DNA of 63,849 nucleotides, counting the filler, from an uncultured Methanosarcinales archaeon (GTDB lineage: Archaea > Nanobdellota > Nanobdellia > Woesearchaeales > CAZXZL01): the NCBI GenBank assembly GCA_964645415.1. It is 11 parts of 11 records of this genome, joined end to end, with 100 filler letters (N's around TTAATTAATTAA, not from the genome) between each part and the next. Parts side by side here need not be neighbours in the genome. Positions count along the whole stretch, not along the records: positions 7,211 to 14,113 come from CAZXZL010000045.1; positions 14,214 to 21,001 come from CAZXZL010000046.1; 9 more parts are not named here. One strand, given 5' to 3'. Position 1 is the first letter of the stretch. Each line of letters starts with the position of its first letter. Positions 10,217 through 20,105 of this stretch are shown piece by piece. The notes beneath the pieces are model-generated. The model was not told the DNA's origin. It ran no database searches and saw only the letters and a program-made list of their open reading frames with translations. The translations under genes and the position numbers were made by a program.

Positions 10217-11008
10217 CTATCTTTTATTTTCAAACATGTAATCTAACCAAGTTTTAAAGTCATCAAAAGATGAAATTTTATCTTCATTTAGATATAAAGA
10301 ATTATAGAGATGATTTGAAAAAACATCATCATTATCGTATTTCCATTCAATGGAAGCAATTTTTCTATAATATTCAGGATTTGATTCTAAAAATAATAAG
10401 TTAGGTTCAAAGTTTAAGTTAGATTTTGTGTAATCATAAACTTCTTTGAATTTAGATGAAATATTATCAATATTATTTAGTTTAAACTCCATTACGTTTT
10501 TTTTACTAATATAATCATCAATGTCTTTTTTAAAAGAAGCAGAATATATAACTTTATATTTGAATAAATTTTTTAGTAATTCATCTGTAAATTTAAAGTG
10601 CTCATCTTCACTATTTGTATCAATCATTTTTTTAAGATCATATTTTAAATTATACTTCTTTGTAAATGTTATAATATCATTAATCCTTAACTTCTTTTTA
10701 ATATTAAGATCATCAAGAGCAAAAAACTCAATTTCATCCTCATTAATATCTGAAAGATAATTATGTTTTTTTGTGCTTTGATCTAAAGATAAACTAGAAA
10801 TGTAGTTATGATTTAAATCATTAATAATATTTTCAAGATTAGTTAAGTTCTTATAATCATAAATCTCATTATAAGTCTTTGAATCTTTTTTTAAAACATT
10901 ATAAAAGTCTTTTGATTCTAAATTATCTGATACATATTTATTATAAAGAGATTTTAAATCACTTTTATCATATAATTTTATATTCCCAAGATATGATTTT
11001 TTTGACAT
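10217..11008 (-). CDS. hypothetical protein (263 aa)
   Basis: ORF only. Confidence 0.65.
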   Translation of the reverse strand: MSKKSYLGNIKLYDKSDLKSLYNKYVSDNLESKDFYNVLKKDSKTYNEIYDYKNLTNLENIINDLNHNYISSLSLDQSTKKHNYLSDINEDEIEFFALDDLNIKKKLRINDIITFTKKYNLKYDLKKMIDTNSEDEHFKFTDELLKNLFKYKVIYSASFKKDIDDYISKKNVMEFKLNNIDNISSKFKEVYDYTKSNLNFEPNLLFLESNPEYYRKIASIEWKYDNDDVFSNHLYNSLYLNEDKISSFDDFKTWLDYMFENKR

Positions 11009-11159
11009 AAAATAGAAAAACTGAACTAGTTTAAAAATGTTACTAAAGAGTAACTAATTACAACTAATAAAGATTATAATCAAATACACATTTAAAGTAA
11101 TATATAATATAAGAAAATCAAATTTATATACGATTTTTAAGATTATATAATGATTAAAG

Positions 11160-11840
11160 ATGGGAAAATATGAAGGAACTTTTATTGTAATTGCTGGAAC
11201 AGACGGATCAGGAAAAGGAACACAAACTAAGGTTTTAAAGAAGAGATTAATTTCTAAAGGTTATGATGTAGAATCAATAGATTTCCCTCAATATGATAAG
11301 AAAAGTTCTGGATTAGTTCAAAACTATCTTAATGGAAAATATGGTGGATCCGATGAGGTTGGTCCATATAGGGCATCTATTTTCTTTGCATGTGATAGGT
11401 ATGATGCATCTTTTAAGATAAGAAAATGGCTAAAAGAAGGAAAGATAGTAATATGTAATAGATATGTTTCAGGAAATATGGGACATCAAGCAGGAAAAAT
11501 AGAAGACAAAGAGAAAAAAGATGAGTTTTTAGATTGGTTACATAATTTAGAATATAATATTTTTGAAATACCAAAACCTGATTTAAACATATTACTTTAT
11601 ATGCCTTGTGAGTATGGTTATAAATTAATAGAAAAGAAAAAGAGTAGAAAATATTTAAATGGTAAAAAAAGAGATATACATGAAAAAGACTTAGATCATT
11701 TAAAAAAGTCAGAATTAGCATATCTATATGTTTCAAAAAAATTTGATTGGGAAAGAATTGATTGTGTAAAAGATGAAGAAATTTTATCTATTGAAGAAAT
11801 ATCTGACAAAGTTTATGATAAAGTTAAAGAATATATTTAA
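11160..11840 (+). CDS. tmk: thymidylate kinase
   Basis: FIVIAGTDGSGKGTQ P-loop, DR motif, PKPDL. Confidence 0.9.
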   Translation: MGKYEGTFIVIAGTDGSGKGTQTKVLKKRLISKGYDVESIDFPQYDKKSSGLVQNYLNGKYGGSDEVGPYRASIFFACDRYDASFKIRKWLKEGKIVICNRYVSGNMGHQAGKIEDKEKKDEFLDWLHNLEYNIFEIPKPDLNILLYMPCEYGYKLIEKKKSRKYLNGKKRDIHEKDLDHLKKSELAYLYVSKKFDWERIDCVKDEEILSIEEISDKVYDKVKEYI

Positions 11841-11845
11841 CTAAA

Positions 11846-12295
11846 ATGGATTATATTTGGTATTTTGCATACGGATCTAATCTAAATAAGAAACAAGTAA
11901 TTGAAAGAATTAATGATTATAAAAAAAGTAAGCCTGCTATATTAAAAGATTATAAGCTTACTTTTAATATTTATTCTGATGCAAGAAATGGAGGAGTTGC
12001 TGATATTATTAAAAGTGAAAACGATAAAGTTTATGGTGCAATCTATTTAATACCAAAAAAAGATTATGAAAAAGTAGAAAAGACAGGTCTTATGAGTGGA
12101 CGTTATAAAAAAAAGGAAGTTAATGTTTTAGTTAATGAAGAAATAATTAGTGCAAAGACTTTTGAAGTAGTTAATAAGAATGATTTTATTAAGCCAAGTG
12201 AGAGTTATTTGAATACAATAATTGAAGGATTAAAAGATCATGGTTATAATAATGAAGTGATTAGAAAAGTAAAACATATTGCTAATAAAGAATAA
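11846..12295 (+). CDS. gamma-glutamylcyclotransferase family protein
   Basis: YFAYGSNL, VYGAIY and PSESYL motifs. Confidence 0.88.
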   Translation: MDYIWYFAYGSNLNKKQVIERINDYKKSKPAILKDYKLTFNIYSDARNGGVADIIKSENDKVYGAIYLIPKKDYEKVEKTGLMSGRYKKKEVNVLVNEEIISAKTFEVVNKNDFIKPSESYLNTIIEGLKDHGYNNEVIRKVKHIANKE

Positions 12296-13471
12296 TTATT
12301 TGTCAGCAACGATTTCAATAACATCAAGGTTTTCTAATTCGTGATCTTTTCCAACAAATTGATTTGTTTTTACATTTATTGCACGAATAAAGTTATCACC
12401 TAAGTCACTATGAACTTTATATGCAAAATCTAATGTTGTTGAACCTTTAGGTATTAAGAAACAATCAGGTAATGTATTTCCATCTTTATCTTCTAATTTA
12501 TTAACACCACCAGGAAATACTGCAATATAATTTAGTAAATCAAAAACTGCATGATTTATTACTTTTTGAACACCAGTTCCATTATTTTGTTTTATTTTAT
12601 CTTTTATTTTCTTTAAAGCATTTTTTTGTGCTTGATTTAAATCTCCTTTAATCTCAAAATCATCATCTCCAGGAAGATAATCAATTAAATCATTATTAGA
12701 AGCTTCTTTTAAAGCAAGTTCACCATCAGCATAAATAGGAATAACATCATCACCTAATTCATATACCTTTTCTATATCATCAATTAAATCAATTTTATTT
12801 GCTGCAATTACAATTGGTTTTGTTTTTTCACGTAATTCTTTAGCGACATTAAATAAATCATCTTCTGTCCATTTTTCAGGAACTTCTGGAAGATTTAAAT
12901 CGTCTAAAGCTTTGGTAACATCATCAGGTCTTACTTTCAATCCAGAAAGTTGTTTTGCTAATTCTTTTTTTACACTTTTCTTTTCTTGACTGATTTTTCT
13001 TGAAAATCTCTTCCAACCTTTTTTAATAATTCCAAAGTACCATTGATTTAATTCTTCTTCTAAAAACTTAACATCTTTCTTTGGATCATAGCTACCTACT
13101 TTTACTGGTTCTCCTTTTTCATTTGTAGAACCACTTGCATCAACTACATGAATTAAAACATCAGCTTCTCTTAAGTCATCTAAGAATTCATTACCCATTC
13201 CTTTTCCTTCATGAGCACCTGGAACTAAACCTGCAACATCCATTAATTCAACAGGAGCATATCTTTCTCCATCAACACAGTAACCGTGTCTTGGGTCACA
13301 TGATTTTTCAAAAAAGTTTTCGGCAGGACATTTAACTCTAACATAACCAATTCCTTTGTTTGCATCAATTGTTGCAAAAGGATAATTAGCAATTAAAATA
13401 TCACTTGCAGACATTGCTTTAAAGAAAGTACTTTTTCCTACATTTGGCTTTCCAACAATTCCTATAAGCAT
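12296..13471 (-). CDS. ychF: translation-associated ATPase/GTPase YchF (archaeal type, TGS domain)
   Basis: GKPNVGKST, NYPFAT, DVAGLVPGAHEGKGMGNEFL, NKID; C-terminal TGS. Confidence 0.93.
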   Translation of the reverse strand: MLIGIVGKPNVGKSTFFKAMSASDILIANYPFATIDANKGIGYVRVKCPAENFFEKSCDPRHGYCVDGERYAPVELMDVAGLVPGAHEGKGMGNEFLDDLREADVLIHVVDASGSTNEKGEPVKVGSYDPKKDVKFLEEELNQWYFGIIKKGWKRFSRKISQEKKSVKKELAKQLSGLKVRPDDVTKALDDLNLPEVPEKWTEDDLFNVAKELREKTKPIVIAANKIDLIDDIEKVYELGDDVIPIYADGELALKEASNNDLIDYLPGDDDFEIKGDLNQAQKNALKKIKDKIKQNNGTGVQKVINHAVFDLLNYIAVFPGGVNKLEDKDGNTLPDCFLIPKGSTTLDFAYKVHSDLGDNFIRAINVKTNQFVGKDHELENLDVIEIVADK

Positions 13472-13500
13472 CTTAAATAAAAAAATAAAAAAGAGATGAT

Positions 13501-13956
13501 TTATGCAATCATCTTCTTTGCAATATCAAAAGTAAATCTAAAGTCTTCATCAAGTTTTCCTTTCTTTTTATAATACCTGACAAGCCTATTAATCTTTGAT
13601 TTGGTTTGAGTAATTCCTCTTTTTGCAGTTTGATCTTGTTTGTTTTCTTCATAATGTTCTACAACAGAAACATATTTTTCAAAAAGATTTCTTAAATCTT
13701 CTGGAATCTCTAATTCTTCATCATTTTCTTCAAGAATTTTTGTAATCTTTTTTCCAGTAACTGCTTTGACAGAAGGAATTCCATATTGATCTCTAAGTTT
13801 TAAACCAATTTTTGATGGTGACATTCCTTTCTTTTTTAATTTTAGAACTAATTTTTCAACTTCTTTCTCATTATACCTTACCCATGTTTTAACTTCTTCT
13901 TTTAATGGTTTGGTACTACTTGACTTTCCTTTTTTTCTTGTATGCATTCTTGCCAT
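13501..13956 (-). CDS. rps15: 30S ribosomal protein uS15 (archaeal S15/S13e)
   Basis: MARMHTRKKGKSSS, IGLKLRDQYGIPSV, SKINRLVRYYK. Confidence 0.96.
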   Translation of the reverse strand: MARMHTRKKGKSSSTKPLKEEVKTWVRYNEKEVEKLVLKLKKKGMSPSKIGLKLRDQYGIPSVKAVTGKKITKILEENDEELEIPEDLRNLFEKYVSVVEHYEENKQDQTAKRGITQTKSKINRLVRYYKKKGKLDEDFRFTFDIAKKMIA

Positions 13957-14040
13957 ATAAATCACCTACTGGTATATGTGAGGATAAACCCAACATATCC
14001 TAATTTTGAAATCATGTATTTATTTAAAAATGTTTTCATT

Positions 14041-14113
14041 CCCACAATTTTTATCACACAATCTTTATCACACTTTTAAATTTTTAATTTAACAAGTTCT
14101 AAACTTTAGTTTA
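14041..14113 (-). repeat. modular repeat tail (truncated at contig end)
   Basis: TTTATCACAC units and CTTTTAAATTTTTAATTTAACAAGTTCTAAACTTTAGTTTA matching the copy near 7305-7344. Confidence 0.85.
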
Positions 14114-14213
14114 NNNNNNNNNNNNNNNNNNNNNNNNNNNNNNNNNNNNNNNNNNNNTTAATTAATTAANNNNNNNNNNNNNNNNNNNNNNNNNNNNNNN
14201 NNNNNNNNNNNNN

Positions 14214-14360
14214 TGATAAAAGCTGTGATAAAAATTGAGGGCAAATCATCCAAAGAAAAGATACTAATAGAAAGAGAAATAAAAAGAAATAAAATCTAAT
14301 CAAAACTGTCGTGCTATACGAAGTATAGTACCATCCTAACCAATTTTGATAAAAATTGAA
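14214..14360 (+). repeat. modular repeat copy, hairpin core at 14311..14331
   Basis: GTGCTATAC-GAA-GTATAGTAC followed by CATCC; GGGCAAATCATCC module. Confidence 0.85.
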
Positions 14361-14849
14361 TCAAACCACTTGAAGTAACACTATTCCTAAAACAATTCCA
14401 ATAATTAAACCAAGTAGGAAATCCTTCATACCAGATTGAATATACTCAACAGCAAGACCATACTCTTCAGGAGCTTCACTTGCATCATAAACTTCCTCAT
14501 CTGGAGATTCATCAATGGATACAGTTTCCTCAGTAACCTTTTCAGTTTTAGAAACCTTACTTTCAAGAAAATCAACCCTATGTTTTAATTTTTTAAGGAA
14601 AAGACTATACTTTCTTGTAAATTCAATTCTTTCAGCAAAAGAAACATCTCCAATTACTTCCTTAATCCATCCATAAAAATCATTTCTTTCTTCATTGACA
14701 TGTTGTCTAAAAACATCCTCACCAACACTTTCTAAATAACCATAAAGTTCATTCAATGAATGAATTTTAGTACCATCCGAAAAAACAAAAGCCTTTTCAT
14801 CAGAACAATCCTGTAAATATTTTTTATAATTCATCTTCTTCACACCCAT
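14361..14849 (-). CDS. DUF5752-like protein with C-terminal TM anchor
   Basis: F.F.DG...SL.EL and HVNEERNDFYGWI motif; hydrophobic C-terminus. Confidence 0.65.
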   Translation of the reverse strand: MGVKKMNYKKYLQDCSDEKAFVFSDGTKIHSLNELYGYLESVGEDVFRQHVNEERNDFYGWIKEVIGDVSFAERIEFTRKYSLFLKKLKHRVDFLESKVSKTEKVTEETVSIDESPDEEVYDASEAPEEYGLAVEYIQSGMKDFLLGLIIGIVLGIVLLQVV

Positions 14850-14861
14850 AAAATTTTAAAA

Positions 14862-15236
14862 TTAAAAACTAAGTTCAAGTAACTCAACAATTCTTGAAAT
14901 AATATTTTCCCTCATTTGAACACGAGTTTTACTTTTCTTAACTAACTTTGCAAGTTTATCATCTCTGAAAAATACTTCATTAATCCAATGATAGAAGTCA
15001 TTTCTTTCATCATTCACATGATAATGAAAAGTCTCATCATCCATTTCTTTTAAAGCTTTAACCAAATCATAAACAGTTTTCAACTCATTACCATTTGCAA
15101 GTTCAAATCTCTTGTACTTTCTAATTCTCTTTTTATATTTCTTCAAAAGATCTGCTTCTTTTTTTCGTCTAACTCTCAAATGTCCACTCTTTGGTCTTTT
15201 TTTCTTTGATTTTTTAGTATTTTTTTTCTTAGCCAT
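14862..15236 (-). CDS. DUF5752-like protein with basic N-terminus
   Basis: FELANG and HVNDERNDFYHWI motif; Lys/Arg-rich N-terminus. Confidence 0.65.
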   Translation of the reverse strand: MAKKKNTKKSKKKRPKSGHLRVRRKKEADLLKKYKKRIRKYKRFELANGNELKTVYDLVKALKEMDDETFHYHVNDERNDFYHWINEVFFRDDKLAKLVKKSKTRVQMRENIISRIVELLELSF

Positions 15237-15265
15237 AAAAAACACCTCTTAATAATAAATGAAAA

Positions 15266-16444
15266 TTAATCTTCAATTAACTCTTTTGACCTTAAAATTA
15301 AGTCATTTAAAACATTATTAAAATTAATAAAAGCATCATAAGGTGAGTTATAAGGATTTAAAAAACGATGTAATTTTTCATTATCAGCCCACCTTTTATT
15401 CATAAAGTGAAAATTAGTACTTTCTTGAAGTTTTTTCCAATCTTTAATTAGATCATCATTTTCAGTTTTTAAAACAAGATCTTTTAAATTATAAATTTCA
15501 TCATGAGCATTTTGTTGCATTTTATTACCAAGCCATTCAGATAAATTATTTTCATCTAAATTAAATAAATCATCACAAGAGACATTTAATTTTTCTTTAG
15601 GAACAGACTCAGTCTTAGAAGGAATTACAAATTCAATCTCATCAGAATCACTAATCTTACTTATAACCTCTTCAAAGAATTGGAAAATATTTGAATCCTT
15701 TTCATGAACAAAACCAAAAGATTCCATATCTAAATATAAATTGAGAATATCTCCATTTAAAGACTTAATCCAATTAATGAATTTATCTGAAGTTAAAGGA
15801 TACTCCATCCAATTTTTATCAGAAAACTTATGATTAATATCTTTAGATAAATTAAGATTAGAAAAGAATAAATTTAGATTTTCATCATTAGAAGAATAAA
15901 TAAATTCACTTGATTTATCACCTAATAATTTTTTATCACCTAAAACTAAAACATTTTCATAGCCAACATCAGAAATTATTTTACTTAAATCATCATGATA
16001 AAGATAATTAGTATTTCTAAAAGTTACAAGATTACAACCTAATAAATCATTAATTTTATTTTTATGTGACTTTAATTCTTTTTTAAATTCACTTTTATCC
16101 TTCAAAGAAGATAATGTGTGAAAATAAGTACCACCAATAATTTCAACATTATTAGTTAAAGAAGATAAATCTTGAACATTTTTAATTAACTTAGAATTGA
16201 ATTTTTCACAAGATTCAAAAAAGAGACCACTAAAAGATAAACTAAACTTAAAATCAAATAATTCAACAAACTCTTCAAGTAAACTCATCATAGGTTTATA
16301 AGATAATTTTGAAAGTTTTTTGAATTTATTTTTCTCTCTTTTCTTACTCCAATAATCACTAGATTTACCAATATCAAAAACTTGAAAATGGCGTAAATAT
16401 ACAGGTTTATGTATATTAAAATTAATATGAACTTTTTTCACCAT
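15266..16444 (-). CDS. glycoside hydrolase family 57 (alpha-amylase-like)
   Basis: HKP, SFSG, TYFHTL, FRNT, DMESFG, WLGNKMQ, NPYNSPYDAFIN; the usual catalytic Glu after RNT appears replaced by Asn. Confidence 0.85.
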   Translation of the reverse strand: MVKKVHINFNIHKPVYLRHFQVFDIGKSSDYWSKKREKNKFKKLSKLSYKPMMSLLEEFVELFDFKFSLSFSGLFFESCEKFNSKLIKNVQDLSSLTNNVEIIGGTYFHTLSSLKDKSEFKKELKSHKNKINDLLGCNLVTFRNTNYLYHDDLSKIISDVGYENVLVLGDKKLLGDKSSEFIYSSNDENLNLFFSNLNLSKDINHKFSDKNWMEYPLTSDKFINWIKSLNGDILNLYLDMESFGFVHEKDSNIFQFFEEVISKISDSDEIEFVIPSKTESVPKEKLNVSCDDLFNLDENNLSEWLGNKMQQNAHDEIYNLKDLVLKTENDDLIKDWKKLQESTNFHFMNKRWADNEKLHRFLNPYNSPYDAFINFNNVLNDLILRSKELIED

Positions 16445-17673
16445 TAGTAATCACCATTAATTACACTTTCATAAACTCTTTTTACATCCTTTGAAGCATT
16501 ATCCCATGAGATTTTATCAACATTATATTTTCCACCATGTAATAATTCTTCTCTTAAACCATCATAACGTAAAACACCTAAAATCTTATTTGCCATCTCA
16601 TCAACATCCCAAAAATCTACCTTTAAAGCATGATTTAAAACTTCAGAAACACCAGATTGATTTGAGATAATAGCAGGAGTCCCATTATGAATCGCTTCAA
16701 GTGGGGTAAGACCAAAAGGTTCAGAAACAGAAGGCATTACAAAAACATTAGACATAGCATAAGCTCTATTAACATCTTTTCCCTTAAGATAACCAGGGAA
16801 TAATATATTTTTTGAAATTCCTAATTCATTAGCATAATCAATACATTCTTGAAGCATATCACCTGATCCTGCCATAACAAAATAAGCATCAGGTTCATGA
16901 TTAAGGACTTTTCTTGCAGCCCTTAAAAAGAATTTAGGTCCTTTTTGTCGAGTAATTCTTCCTAAGAAAAGAACCATCTTTGGAATACTTTTATCAACTT
17001 TGATATCCTCATCAGGAATTTCAATTCCATTATGAACTACTTCAACTTTTGATTCATCAATATTATATTTATTAACAATAATGCTTTTAGTATAACCACT
17101 AACAGCCATAATTTTATCAGCATAATGAAGTCCTTGATACTCCATATCATAAACAGTTGGATTTGGATTTTCTCCAGTTCTATCAAATTCACTTGCATGC
17201 ATATGAACAACTAACTTTTTACCAGTTGCTTTCTTTGCTTCAACACCAGCTAGATATGTTAACCAGTCATGAGCATGAATAATATCAAAATCTAAATTTT
17301 TAGCAAGCTCACCAGCTCTTTTTGCATAACGTCTTACTTCATCATAGAGGTCTTTTCCATAAAGACTTTTATCAACATCACACTCATCCTCTTCTTCTTC
17401 AATTTTATTACGTAGAATTTTATAACTCTCTTCAGTTTCATAAGGACGAATAAGAGTATTTAATTTGATTTTTTGAAATTTTGTTTTTTTCTCATTACAA
17501 CCAACAAGATTAACATGTGTATCTAAACATTCATATTTTTTAGGCAACCTTGGAACTACAAAAGTAACATCAACACCCATATCATTTAATGCCCTTGTCA
17601 TACCATAACAAGCTGTCCCTAAACCCCCATAACTCATTGGTGGAAATTCCCACCCAAACATTAATACCTTCAT
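16444..17673 (-). CDS. GT4 glycosyltransferase (glycogen/alpha-glucan synthesis cluster)
   Basis: GWEFPP..GGLG, HAHDW, EPFGLTPLEA. Confidence 0.9.
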   Translation of the reverse strand: MKVLMFGWEFPPMSYGGLGTACYGMTRALNDMGVDVTFVVPRLPKKYECLDTHVNLVGCNEKKTKFQKIKLNTLIRPYETEESYKILRNKIEEEEDECDVDKSLYGKDLYDEVRRYAKRAGELAKNLDFDIIHAHDWLTYLAGVEAKKATGKKLVVHMHASEFDRTGENPNPTVYDMEYQGLHYADKIMAVSGYTKSIIVNKYNIDESKVEVVHNGIEIPDEDIKVDKSIPKMVLFLGRITRQKGPKFFLRAARKVLNHEPDAYFVMAGSGDMLQECIDYANELGISKNILFPGYLKGKDVNRAYAMSNVFVMPSVSEPFGLTPLEAIHNGTPAIISNQSGVSEVLNHALKVDFWDVDEMANKILGVLRYDGLREELLHGGKYNVDKISWDNASKDVKRVYESVINGDY

Positions 17674-17795
17674 AGATTACCCTCTTTAAATAAGACTCAA
17701 AGAGTATTCAATTAGAAAATATATAAACATTTGATAATATTTACAAATAACAAAAGATATTGACTACTATATAGAAATTACAAATAGTTCTGATT

Positions 17796-18473
17796 TTAAG
17801 AAAAGTTATATTCACATAAAACCATCTCATGGTCTTCTTCATAAGGGTTTAAAGAAACTTTATCTAAAATTTTGAAACCAGATGATTTAAGTTTCTTTCT
17901 TACATTCTTAAAAACTTTTTTTGGTTTAGCAGATGCATCAATGCTTCTTGCTTTAACAGCAATCATTGCATGAGATCCATTTTTCAAGTATAATTTTGCA
18001 TTTTTAGAAAGAATCTCAACTTGATTTTTCTGAGCAACATCTTGAAATAAAAAGTCAACTTCTGGAACAATATCTAAATAATTTTTTGGTTTATTAGCAT
18101 CAGAAAGTATTGGGAAAATATTATCTCTATATTTACTTTCCAAAAATAAATCTCTAAATACTCTAACTCCAAATTCAACAGAATAAATTCTTCCTTTAGT
18201 CATAATATCACTAATATGACTAACAGTTGTTCCAGTAGATGCACCAAGATATAAAACATTCATACGATTATGAAATTTTACTTTTTTACCCTTTCTAATA
18301 AAAGCACCAATTTTACTTCTATAAGGATCCCACAATCTAAATTGTTTACCCTCAAATTCAACAATTTTTTCATTATATGTTTTATGATTCCAAACTAAAT
18401 TTTCAGTATAGATATTACTATCATCACCACGAAAAACACCATACACTTTTCCTTTTTTAAGATTATTAACCAT
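17796..18473 (-). CDS. flpA: fibrillarin-like rRNA/tRNA 2'-O-methyltransferase
   Basis: WDPYRSK, VLYLGASTGTTVSHISD, QDVAQ, KARSID. Confidence 0.95.
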   Translation of the reverse strand: MVNNLKKGKVYGVFRGDDSNIYTENLVWNHKTYNEKIVEFEGKQFRLWDPYRSKIGAFIRKGKKVKFHNRMNVLYLGASTGTTVSHISDIMTKGRIYSVEFGVRVFRDLFLESKYRDNIFPILSDANKPKNYLDIVPEVDFLFQDVAQKNQVEILSKNAKLYLKNGSHAMIAVKARSIDASAKPKKVFKNVRKKLKSSGFKILDKVSLNPYEEDHEMVLCEYNFS

Positions 18474-18475
18474 AA

Positions 18476-19363
18476 TTACTCATCTCTAAAAACATCAATT
18501 CTTATTTTTTTTGATAAATCGTTAGCAAGTCTTCTTGCAGCCTTTCCCTTGTTCTTAGCAGAATTTACTTTTGGATGGTTATAAATAATTCCATACTTTG
18601 GTGGATTTGAACCATACTTCATATGTTTAAATAAAGCACTTTCAGCACCATAAATTTGTATAGAACTACTTGGTAATTTTGCAAGACTTAAACCAGAACC
18701 TGCCCTTTTTAATAACTTAGCACCAATTTTGAACCCCGCTAATTTAGTAAAACGAGGATAATTTTTTTTCATTAATTTTTCAAGATAATTCTCCTTATCA
18801 TTAATATTTTCTAAAGTATCTTTTGCAATTTTAGATAAAGAATTAATTTCAGAAATATCTTCCTCATTTAAATCTGCACCCATACTATCATCAAGACCTA
18901 ATTTCTTTAAAATCTCACTTTTATCAAGTAAAGTCAAATCAATATATCTCGCTTTATCATTAACATTTTTAATTTCAGGAAGATACAAACTATAATATTC
19001 ACGTAATCTTGAAAATATAATATTAAAGGATTTTTCCATCTCTTCAATTGTTGTAACAGTTAGTTTAATTAAATCATCATCACCAAAAGATTCAGAGATT
19101 TTTTTCTTCATTAACGATCTCAAACGTTTTCTCATCTCTTTTTTATCCTGACCTCTAATAATATTTAGAATCCTTCTTAATTCTTTAATAGGTGGTTTAG
19201 ATATATTTTCAAATTCCTCTTTAAACTCAGAAATTTTCTTCTCTTTAATAGATTCAAAACTATCTAAATTAAACTTAATTCCTTCATCTTTAACTTTTCT
19301 TAAATCTTCATCAAATACATAAGCATTTGTTAAAGTAATAAAATAATAATGTTTTTTTGACAT
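18476..19363 (-). CDS. nop5: C/D box RNP protein Nop5 (Nop56/58)
   Basis: LAKLPSSSIQIYGAESALF, PPKYGIIY, GKAAR; adjacent to fibrillarin. Confidence 0.9.
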   Translation of the reverse strand: MSKKHYYFITLTNAYVFDEDLRKVKDEGIKFNLDSFESIKEKKISEFKEEFENISKPPIKELRRILNIIRGQDKKEMRKRLRSLMKKKISESFGDDDLIKLTVTTIEEMEKSFNIIFSRLREYYSLYLPEIKNVNDKARYIDLTLLDKSEILKKLGLDDSMGADLNEEDISEINSLSKIAKDTLENINDKENYLEKLMKKNYPRFTKLAGFKIGAKLLKRAGSGLSLAKLPSSSIQIYGAESALFKHMKYGSNPPKYGIIYNHPKVNSAKNKGKAARRLANDLSKKIRIDVFRDE

Positions 19364-19502
19364 ATTATAAATTAAAAATAAATTACAATTATAAATTTAT
19401 TGATTAATTAAAGTAGAATAATTTCAATTAAAAATAAAAAGATTATAAGTTATATAATTAAAATAAAGCAACATTTAAAATGAAGTATAACTTTATGATA
19501 AC

Positions 19503-20105
19503 ATGAATCTTAGTGAAAAAATAAATTCAGGAATTTGGGTAATATATGGGCCTAATGGTACTGGAAAAACAAGTTTTTGTATTGACATAATTAATTCATT
19601 TGAAAAAAAAGTAATGTATTTAGATACAAAAAATACATTAGAAATTTCTAGAATGAAAGATAAACTAATCAAAAATTCATTTATCTTTAGAGTTGAATCA
19701 TTCAAACTTCAAGACAAAATGATAAGAGAACTCACTAAGATGAACTTAAAAGGATCAATAATTGTAATTGATTCAATAAATCACTTTTACAGACTTGAAA
19801 AAAGAGATAAAAATAATCAATTATCATTCACATTTCAATTAAAAATACTAAAAGAATTATCAAAAAATAATTTAGTATTAGTAATTGGAGACGTATATGA
19901 TGTAATGAATTCAAAAGATTTTAAACTATATGGTTCAAGTCAGTTTGATATAAAAAATAAAGTAAAATTAAACAAATTAGAAGATAGCAAAAGAGTTGCA
20001 AAAATAAATGAAAAATCATATGAATTTGAAATAAAAAAAGATGGAATTAACTTAATAAAAGAGATAAAAGAAACCAATGAAAAACTAAGAAAAACAAACA
20101 ATTAA
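19503..20105 (+). CDS. radB: RadB-like RecA-family ATPase
   Basis: IYGPNGTGKT Walker A, YLDT, IVIDS Walker B; short, with no N-terminal domain. Confidence 0.7.
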   Translation: MNLSEKINSGIWVIYGPNGTGKTSFCIDIINSFEKKVMYLDTKNTLEISRMKDKLIKNSFIFRVESFKLQDKMIRELTKMNLKGSIIVIDSINHFYRLEKRDKNNQLSFTFQLKILKELSKNNLVLVIGDVYDVMNSKDFKLYGSSQFDIKNKVKLNKLEDSKRVAKINEKSYEFEIKKDGINLIKEIKETNEKLRKTNN

